A stretch of DNA of 64,000 nucleotides from positions 15,802 to 79,801 of the forward strand of contig CAZJDZ010000004.1 in assembly GCA_964544935.1 (NCBI GenBank), in the 5' to 3' direction. Source of the stretch: an uncultured Candidatus Saccharibacteria bacterium. GTDB lineage: Bacteria > Patescibacteriota > Minisyncoccia > Phycocordibacterales > UBA5272. Within the stretch, counting starts at the first letter, position 1, and each line of letters begins with the position of its first letter. Under the pieces are notes generated by a model. The model did no database searches, was not told the DNA's origin, and was given only the letters and a program-made list of their open reading frames with translations. Below, one piece after another: positions 57,715 to 64,000 of the stretch. The position numbers and the translations under genes were made by a program.

Positions 57715-58053
57715 TTAGTTATTTCCAATGAGTACTGTAAAGGTTGTAAGTGTGCAGTTTGCTTGTTCAAGACCTCGAAGCGTTTCCAGCAGATAATAAC
57801 AGGTATCAGGTCCTGTAACTTTAAGCATTTTCCCTACCCACTCTAAAATATATTGAGTTTGGTCAGCGAAGAGTAAAAATCCATTCTGTGTAACTGTAAA
57901 AAGAGGCTGTTCCATGATATGTCTGTTATTCTGTCGATAATACCTTTGTACTACCATACTATTTATGATAGTGTCAAACATATACAAGCACGCACGCTTT
58001 TGTGATATAGTGCAAGTAATACAGATATGACAGTCATGAAAGCAAGAATGCAT
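57715..58053 (-). CDS. doubtful small ORF with N-terminal Cys cluster (C-x3-C-x2-C-x2-C)
   Basis: no RBS; lies in the 600-bp clpP upstream region. Confidence 0.2.
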   Translation of the reverse strand: MHSCFHDCHICITCTISQKRACLYMFDTIINSMVVQRYYRQNNRHIMEQPLFTVTQNGFLLFADQTQYILEWVGKMLKVTGPDTCYYLLETLRGLEQANCTLTTFTVLIGNN

Positions 58054-58172
58054 TTTGATTTGATTTGATTTTTTACATTTGTTTTCTTTAATTTATTGGT
58101 GATATATACGGGATTGATTGAAGATTTTGAAAAATCTATCATCTAATCTCTAACATCTATTTTCTATTTACT

Positions 58173-58757
58173 ATGTTAATTCCTACTGTTATCGAAAAAA
58201 GTCAGTTTGGTGAGCGTGCATATGATATCTATTCGCGTTTACTTAAAGAAAGAATTATCTTTCTTCACGATGAAGTTAATCAGCATTCGGCATCACTTGT
58301 TGTTGCACAACTACTCTTTCTTGAAGCCGAAGATCCAAAGAAAGATATTACCCTCTATATCAACTCCCCTGGCGGAAGTATTCAGGCGGGTATGGCAATC
58401 ATCGATACGATGCAGCATATTAAGCCAGATGTAGCTACTGTCTGTACTGGTATGGCAGCATCTATGGGTGCAATGATTCTTTCACAAGGAGCAAAAGGAA
58501 AGCGTTTTGTGCTTCCTAATTCAGAGGTGATGATTCATCAGCCGTTAACTGGTGTTGAAGGACAAGCATCAGATATTGAGATTACTGCAAAGCATATTTT
58601 AAGACTTAAAGATAAGTTATATGAAATGCTTGTTGCTGCGACAGGAAAAACAAAGGCACAGATTGAAAAGGATAGTGATCGTGACTACTGGATGACAGCT
58701 GAAGAAGCAAAGAAATATGGTATTGTAGACCAGATTCTTAAACCTAAGACAAAATAA
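58173..58757 (+). CDS. clpP: ATP-dependent Clp protease proteolytic subunit
   Basis: catalytic Ser in [15 protein letters not shown], His in MIHQPL; 194 aa. Confidence 0.92.
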   Translation: MLIPTVIEKSQFGERAYDIYSRLLKERIIFLHDEVNQHSASLVVAQLLFLEAEDPKKDITLYINSPGGSIQAGMAIIDTMQHIKPDVATVCTGMAASMGAMILSQGAKGKRFVLPNSEVMIHQPLTGVEGQASDIEITAKHILRLKDKLYEMLVAATGKTKAQIEKDSDRDYWMTAEEAKKYGIVDQILKPKTK

Positions 58758-58758
58758 C

Positions 58759-60276
58759 ATGAGCACTACAGTACTTCTTATTGAAGGCGCTGTCACACTT
58801 ATTTTGGGAGGAGCAACGGGATATATTATTCGTCACCATGTTGCTAAGTCTCGACGTGGCTCGCTTGAGGCAGAGCTTGAGGAAAAAATCCTTCAGGCTA
58901 AGCGTGATGCGCGTGCAATAGAAGACGAAGCTCTCTCCCGAGCAAGTGCGCTCCGTGAAGAACTCAAGCGTAACGAAGATAGAGTTGCTAAGCAAGAGGA
59001 GCGTCTTGATCGACGTGAAAGCGAAGTTATACACAAAGAATCACAACTAGATAAAGAATTTGAATCACTCAAACAAAAAGGGAAAGAGCTAGAGTCTGTT
59101 AAAGAAAGACTTCTCGAAAAAGAAATTGAAGTTAGTAAGAGTCTTGAAAAAGCTGCGCAACTTTCACGAGAGGAAGCGAGAGAGCAGTTATTTACTAAGA
59201 TTGTAAAAGAGTCAGAAGAAGATATTCAATCACGAATGCTTAAACTTGCTCGTGATGGTGAAGTTCGTCTTGAAGAAAAAGCTCGTGATATTTTGGTAAG
59301 TAGTATTTACCGTATTGCAAATGGTCCAATTGCACAGTTTATGACTTCAATAGTTGAAATAGAAGATGAAGAAATAAAAGGTAAGGTTATCGGAAAGGAA
59401 GGTCGTAATATAAAAGCTTTTGAGCGACTAGCAGGAGTTGAGCTTCTTGTTGATGAGAATCCAAACGGAATTGTTATCTCTTGTTTTGACCCTGTTCGCA
59501 GGGCAATTGCAACCAATGCTCTTCAAATGCTTATCAAAGATGGACGTATTCAACCAGCAAAAATTGAAGAGTGTATCGATAAGGCGAAAAGAGAGATTGG
59601 GGTCTTTATGCGCAAGAAGGGAGAAGAAGCTGTGCTTGAGTGTGGACTCCTCTCAATGCCAGAGGAACTTATTCCAATCATTGGACGTCTTTATTTTAGA
59701 ACAAGTTATGGACAGAATGTGCTTAATCATTCTATCGAAATGGCGCACATTGCAGGAGTATTAGCACAAGAGCTTGGGGGAGATGTGTATGTTGCAAAAG
59801 CAGGAGCACTTCTTCATGACATTGGAAAAGCTGTTGATCATGAGATTCAAGGGACACATGTGGAGATTGGTCGTAAGATTCTTATGAAGTATGGAGTAGA
59901 TGATCGTGTGATTCTTGCTATGCAAGCTCATCATGAAGAGTATCCATACGAAACAGTTGAGAGTGTTCTTGTACAAGTAGCGGATGCAATATCAGGTGGA
60001 AGGCCTGGAGCACGTCGTGATACAGTTGATAGGTACATACAGCGACTTTCAGACTTAGAGGCGCTAGCAATGTCATTTAGCGGCATTGAGAGGGTCTACG
60101 CTCTTCAGGCGGGGCGTGAAATACGAGTGTTCGTGTCCCCACTTCTTGTTAATGATGTAGAAGCTCGTGATCTTGCACGCAATATCGCACTTCGTGTTGA
60201 GCAAGAGCTTCGTTTTCCGGGTGAGATTAAGATTCATGTTATACGTGAATCTCGTATGATTGAGTTTGCTCGTTAA
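58759..60276 (+). CDS. rny: ribonuclease Y
   Basis: N-terminal TM, coiled coil, KH domain (GKEGRNIKAFERLAGVELLV), HD domain (HSIEMAHIAGVLA...LLHDIGK); 505 aa. Confidence 0.88.
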   Translation: MSTTVLLIEGAVTLILGGATGYIIRHHVAKSRRGSLEAELEEKILQAKRDARAIEDEALSRASALREELKRNEDRVAKQEERLDRRESEVIHKESQLDKEFESLKQKGKELESVKERLLEKEIEVSKSLEKAAQLSREEAREQLFTKIVKESEEDIQSRMLKLARDGEVRLEEKARDILVSSIYRIANGPIAQFMTSIVEIEDEEIKGKVIGKEGRNIKAFERLAGVELLVDENPNGIVISCFDPVRRAIATNALQMLIKDGRIQPAKIEECIDKAKREIGVFMRKKGEEAVLECGLLSMPEELIPIIGRLYFRTSYGQNVLNHSIEMAHIAGVLAQELGGDVYVAKAGALLHDIGKAVDHEIQGTHVEIGRKILMKYGVDDRVILAMQAHHEEYPYETVESVLVQVADAISGGRPGARRDTVDRYIQRLSDLEALAMSFSGIERVYALQAGREIRVFVSPLLVNDVEARDLARNIALRVEQELRFPGEIKIHVIRESRMIEFAR

Positions 60277-60333
60277 AGAAAAAAGTATGCATGTGCTGGT
60301 AACTGTGAATAGGATAGTATGAGATGTAGAAAA

Positions 60334-60361
60334 TAGCGCGCAACCGAAGGTTGCGCGCTAT
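60334..60361. terminator. bidirectional intrinsic terminator (TAGCGCGCAACC-GAAG-GTTGCGCGCTA)
   Basis: between convergent rny and the Gam-like gene. Confidence 0.6.
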
Positions 60362-60405
60362 TGATTTTGTAATGCTCACTTGAGCATCTTGAGATATCTT
60401 GAAAG

Positions 60406-60981
60406 TTAGACGTCGATTGCCTCGGTCTTGCCTTCGTCCGGAAGAGCGATCGAAAGCTCTTCTGCACTGCCGTCGACCTTGCTTATGAGCTTCGGCTTGG
60501 CGAAGAACTCTTCGCGCGACAAGTACGAAACACCAGGTACATCAGGTCGATCAGAGAGTAGTGCTTCACGGTCGAGTTCATACTTCACACGGACGTACTT
60601 CGTCATGTTGTGGGCACGTAGATAGGCAACGACAGAAGCGTCGTCCTCACCCTCATCAAGCTCCACATATGGTGGCGTAAAGCGCCAACCAAACGTCCCC
60701 TGTTCAGTCTTCACTGAGCGAAGCTTGGCAGTGAGCTCCCCCTTCTTTCCTTGTGCGAAGGTGTAGAGTGCCGTGAAGAAGGTGTCACGCTCTTTGACAA
60801 GAGGAGTAAGCTCGACTTCGAGATCACTTTTGATCTTGTCGATCGCTTCCTTGGCTTTCTTCTTGGCAAGGTTGATCTTCTTCTGCTCTTGTCCGATTGA
60901 CAAGAGGTAGTGTGCAGCGTGGATGACGCTTTGAGGAACTGCGGTAAAACTCTTCTTCAGGCGATTGATAGTTGTTGAGGC
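60406..60981 (-). CDS. phage Mu Gam-like host-nuclease inhibitor / DNA end-binding protein
   Basis: MASTTINRLKK...FTAVPQ and GTFGWRFTPPYVELDEGEDDASVVAYLRAHNMTKYVRVKYELDREALLSD align with Mu Gam (SWRVRPPSVSIRGMDAVMETLERLGLQRFIRTKQEINKEAILLE); about 52% GC; ORF track extends to 61083. Confidence 0.7.
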   Translation of the reverse strand, partial: ASTTINRLKKSFTAVPQSVIHAAHYLLSIGQEQKKINLAKKKAKEAIDKIKSDLEVELTPLVKERDTFFTALYTFAQGKKGELTAKLRSVKTEQGTFGWRFTPPYVELDEGEDDASVVAYLRAHNMTKYVRVKYELDREALLSDRPDVPGVSYLSREEFFAKPKLISKVDGSAEELSIALPDEGKTEAIDV

Positions 60982-61113
60982 CATGGCAACATCTCCTAGT
61001 TGATTACTGGTGAAAGAACATTTGTCTTCCATAACTTTACTAGAGTACAAGTAAAATGTTAAACTGTCGGCGAAAGTCGACAAATATACTCAATCTTTAT
61101 ATTTCTTACACAC

Positions 61114-61875
61114 ATGAACACAACCCTTGAATCAATTCTACGTGACCTTGATCTCCACCCTACTTCGTCAAAAATTTATCGTGAGTTACTTGAACACGGT
61201 GAGACAACACCACGTATTCTTTCGGAGAGGTTGCATATCACACGCCCGTCTACTTATGATCATCTAACAATTCTTAAAAAGAAAGGATTGATTGTAGAAA
61301 GAAAAATAGAAAACAAAGCATATTTTGCGGTTGATGATGTTCGCAGTATCAAAAGTGCTCTTTCTGAAAAAATAAGCACACTGACTGATCATGAGAAAGT
61401 TTTTACCACAATGCTTCCAGAACTCCTTAAACAAACAAAAACAGAGACACCTGTGATTAAGTTTTTTGAAGGAAAAGAGGGCTTACACTTCATTATCCAT
61501 GATCTATTATGGAGTAAAGGTGAAACCGTGTATACCATGTGGCCTCATGAGGAGATGCAAAAAGTTATTGATAAAGAAACACTTATTCGTTTTAACGATA
61601 GACGCATCAAAGATAAGATAACGATTCACGCACTGTGGCCACAAGATATGGTCCCAAAAGGAGAGTATATATGGAAAAATAAGGATATTTTGACAAAACG
61701 AAAATATTTACCACAAGGAATGGATTGGAAAATGGGGTATACAATTTATGGAGATAAAGTATCTTTTATTTCTTCTTACAAAGAAGTTTTTGGTTTTATT
61801 GTGCAGTCAAAAGAATTTGCAGCACTGATGAGATTACAATTTGAAGTGCTTTGGACTATAGCAAAAGAAAAATAA
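61114..61875 (+). CDS. TrmB-family transcriptional regulator (wHTH plus C-terminal effector domain)
   Basis: N-terminal ILRDLDLHPTSSKIYRELLEHGETTPRILSERLHITRPSTYDHLTILKKKGLI resembles the TrmB HTH. Confidence 0.55.
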   Translation: MNTTLESILRDLDLHPTSSKIYRELLEHGETTPRILSERLHITRPSTYDHLTILKKKGLIVERKIENKAYFAVDDVRSIKSALSEKISTLTDHEKVFTTMLPELLKQTKTETPVIKFFEGKEGLHFIIHDLLWSKGETVYTMWPHEEMQKVIDKETLIRFNDRRIKDKITIHALWPQDMVPKGEYIWKNKDILTKRKYLPQGMDWKMGYTIYGDKVSFISSYKEVFGFIVQSKEFAALMRLQFEVLWTIAKEK

Positions 61876-62041
61876 TTTTTTTGACAAAAAATAATAGTGT
61901 GTTTATAGGACTTGCCAAAAACCCTGTGCGTACTATACTTATTGTATCCTTTCGTTTGCGTAATGCATACGAGGAGTTTAATAAATTTATTTTTTGATGA
62001 TGTGGTCCTAGGAAAACATGTCATCATAATCAATCACTCAT

Positions 62042-62314
62042 ATGAACAAAGCAGGTCTCGTTGAAGCAGTACATGCAGTACTCGGCTCAACAAAGGTACA
62101 AGCAGAAGAAGTAGTAGAAACAGTTTTCGGTACAATCGTTAAGACTCTTTCTAAAGGAGATGAGGTAGCAATTGCTGGAATTGGAAAGTTCACAGTAAAA
62201 CTACGTAAGGCTCGTGAAGCTCGTAACCCAAAGACTGGTGAGACAGTTAAGGTTCCTGCAACAAAGGTTCCTAAGTTCTCAGCCGCAAAAGCTCTTAAGG
62301 ATGCAGTTAAGTAA
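62042..62314 (+). CDS. hup: DNA-binding protein HU
   Basis: 90 aa, GFGKF-type arm (AIAGIGKFTVKLRKAREARNPKTGETVKVPA). Confidence 0.9.
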   Translation: MNKAGLVEAVHAVLGSTKVQAEEVVETVFGTIVKTLSKGDEVAIAGIGKFTVKLRKAREARNPKTGETVKVPATKVPKFSAAKALKDAVK

Positions 62315-62366
62315 TTGACTCCACAATGCTAAGCAGTTCTTATAACTAAGAATGTGATGCAAAAAC

Positions 62367-62394
62367 AAAAGCGCGACCTTCGGTCGCGCTTTTG
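62367..62394. terminator. bidirectional intrinsic terminator (AAAAGCGCGACC-TTCG-GTCGCGCTTTT)
   Basis: between convergent hup and 62406-62780. Confidence 0.6.
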
Positions 62395-62405
62395 TTTATT
62401 TGAAC

Positions 62406-62780
62406 TTAACTTCTGAAACCGCGCCCTTCTTGTGATTGTCCAACATCCTTCTTAACGTCTCCACCTGTTGCTCCAGTCTCATTCCAAACATTTTCTGTAG
62501 ATTTTGATTTTACAGTATTCTGTAATGCAAGTATTTCCGCATCAATTTTTGTAAGCTTTTCTTCTGTTTCAATAAGAAGAGTTCTATATGCTCGCAACTT
62601 TCCTGCCGCTTGTGCGATATAGTCTTCGCCCCCATCTTTAATATCCCCTAGCCTTGCAATATCAACTCGTAGCTTAGTTGCTTCTTCCAGTAGTTCAGTT
62701 TTTCTTGCTTTGAGAGTTTCTAATGTTTCTGGGGATCTATTTCCTTCTTGTGGTTGTGGCGCATTGTTCATTGATGTCAT
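62406..62780 (-). CDS. hypothetical coiled-coil protein
   Basis: 124 aa; no motif. Confidence 0.35.
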   Translation of the reverse strand: MTSMNNAPQPQEGNRSPETLETLKARKTELLEEATKLRVDIARLGDIKDGGEDYIAQAAGKLRAYRTLLIETEEKLTKIDAEILALQNTVKSKSTENVWNETGATGGDVKKDVGQSQEGRGFRS

Positions 62781-62862
62781 GTTACAAAGTATAGCTTGTG
62801 TTTATGAAAAGTAAACTCTTATAAAGGGTTTAGCATATATAACAAAGGTCTGACACAATGTG

Positions 62863-63105
62863 TCAGACCTTGGGGACTTCTCGCAGTAAAGAAATGCTGT
62901 GTGCCTCCTGTGTTGCTCTCGTTGTTGCTACAGAAAGCGGCAACGTTGTTTCTGCTAAACGCCGAAGTATCTGGTATGAAGCCGTATCCGTCAGGGATTC
63001 ACAGTCAAGTATACGTTGGCGGAACTCTCGCAAGGCAATTGCCTGTTGATCAAGTAGTCTTAGCAGCTCCTCTTGTCCTTGTTCAGGAGTAATGTTTTCA
63101 GGCAT
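62863..63105 (-). CDS. hypothetical small helical protein (higher GC)
   Basis: 80 aa; followed on the minus strand by hairpin GGTCTGACACA-ATG-TGTCAGACC (62850-62872). Confidence 0.3.
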   Translation of the reverse strand: MPENITPEQGQEELLRLLDQQAIALREFRQRILDCESLTDTASYQILRRLAETTLPLSVATTRATQEAHSISLLREVPKV

Positions 63106-63172
63106 CTGAATCTCCTTTAGAAGGATGGTGGTATTTGAATGAAGGTCTTTGATTATTCTGCATTATTTGAAA

Positions 63173-63598
63173 TTATCTGTCAACTTCTTCTTGTTTTTCA
63201 AGAAGAAGTTCTTTTATTGACTCAGGATGCACCATGAGTTCATCGAGTTCAGATAGTGGAACCCACATTGGAGTAAAAAACTGCTTCTCGTACTCAGCTG
63301 GATTTACCTCAGGTAAGAGTATTTCTCCGGCAGAGTATATACAGGTATAAAAATATTCAGCTTCATCAATATCTTCTTTAGAGTAGAAGATGTCACCTGT
63401 TTGAATGATTAGCCCAAGTTCTTGAAAGCTTTCATGAAGCGCTTCATCAGTACTTTCGTCGTCTTCAACCGCTTTTCCAGGAAAAACAAAATATTCTTGA
63501 TTAAAAAGCCTCTCCTTGTTTATTCGATGAATAAGTAGAACTTTTTCATCTCTCTTGCAAATACCCCCTACCCATTTCTTTTGAAGATCTTCATTCAT
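63173..63598 (-). CDS. possible degenerate NUDIX hydrolase
   Basis: FPGKAVEDDESTDEALHESFQELGL approximates the Nudix box G-x5-E-x7-REUxEExGU, with His in place of Arg. Confidence 0.35.
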   Translation of the reverse strand: MNEDLQKKWVGGICKRDEKVLLIHRINKERLFNQEYFVFPGKAVEDDESTDEALHESFQELGLIIQTGDIFYSKEDIDEAEYFYTCIYSAGEILLPEVNPAEYEKQFFTPMWVPLSELDELMVHPESIKELLLEKQEEVDR

Positions 63599-63610
63599 AG
63601 AGATACTTAG

Positions 63611-63886
63611 TTAGTGGTTTTGTTTCTTAACAATTTCATTAATTGAAGCAAGATTTCTCATTTTTTTATCTTTCATAATATTAAGCTGCATCGTGAAGCG
63701 CACAGTGTCAGCTGGAGTCCACTTGCCTTCATTATCTTTCTTAAATATTTCAATATCCGCAGTTAATCCTTTGATGAGAGCATCAAGGGTTCTATTTTGA
63801 AGGATAAGATCTTCAACGAGCTCCCTCTCCTCCTCGTTTACTTCATGAGGAAGAGATTCATCTTGGTTGTTGTCAGTTGTTGACAT
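63611..63886 (-). CDS. hypothetical small protein
   Basis: 91 aa, acidic N-terminus; no motif. Confidence 0.3.
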   Translation of the reverse strand: MSTTDNNQDESLPHEVNEEERELVEDLILQNRTLDALIKGLTADIEIFKKDNEGKWTPADTVRFTMQLNIMKDKKMRNLASINEIVKKQNH

Positions 63887-64000
63887 ACGATTTTATTACG
63901 TACAGTGTAGCATTTCTTATTTGTTTAGGAATAGGAAGAATTACTAGAAAGGTATACCACTGGAAATAAATTCTAAAATATAGTAGTATATCTTCTACAA

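Noticed and set aside
1-64000. CRISPR arrays, tRNA and rRNA genes
   Set aside because: No regularly spaced direct repeats and no T-arm GGTTCGAATCC-like motifs in intergenic gaps; all long regions are protein-coding.

Overview
This looks like a chromosomal window from a small, AT-rich (about 35-37% GC) bacterial genome, possibly a Patescibacteria/CPR-like lineage; the lineage is inference only, and the standard genetic code fits all long ORFs. The window spans the replication origin: dnaN and dnaA lie on the minus strand, followed by rpmH-rnpA-yidC on the plus strand, with DnaA-box-like motifs in the dnaA-dnaN spacer. Housekeeping genes are present throughout: ruvB, ruvC, tyrS, a class A PBP, ksgA, pcrA/uvrD, rpsO, xerC/D, xthA, pgk, tpiA, nusA, ppa, tig, clpP, rny, hup, rsmE, yifB, a MacAB-like ABC efflux trio and an ECF sigma factor. 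The main accessory feature is a roughly 13.6 kb minus-strand block (10242-23866). It encodes a Gram-positive-type type IV secretion-like apparatus: a VirB4 ATPase, a PrgI/VirB3-like protein, a VirB6/TrbL-like polytopic protein, secreted and anchored proteins, and two peptidoglycan hydrolases. No coupling protein, VirB11 or relaxase is present. The two hydrolases (one SLT lytic transglycosylase, one LAS/M15-type metallopeptidase) share a nucleotide-identical 324-bp 5' module encoding the same two-helix membrane anchor. Other notable items are listed below.
- A higher-GC mini-island (46861-48300) carries three sigma70 promoters that share an upstream operator-like motif. It encodes two small proteins and a roughly 225-nt candidate structured ncRNA, and is preceded by five helically phased GCGGAA repeats.
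- GC-rich intrinsic-terminator hairpins form a family with compensatory substitutions.
- An 18-nt AGCT-heptad motif recurs in three places, including inside ksgA.
- Two large-protein plus 98-aa-protein cassettes are present, and the 98-aa proteins are paralogous.
- A Mu Gam-like gene and a GC-rich membrane-protein gene look horizontally acquired.
- No rRNA, tRNA or CRISPR was detected by eye.
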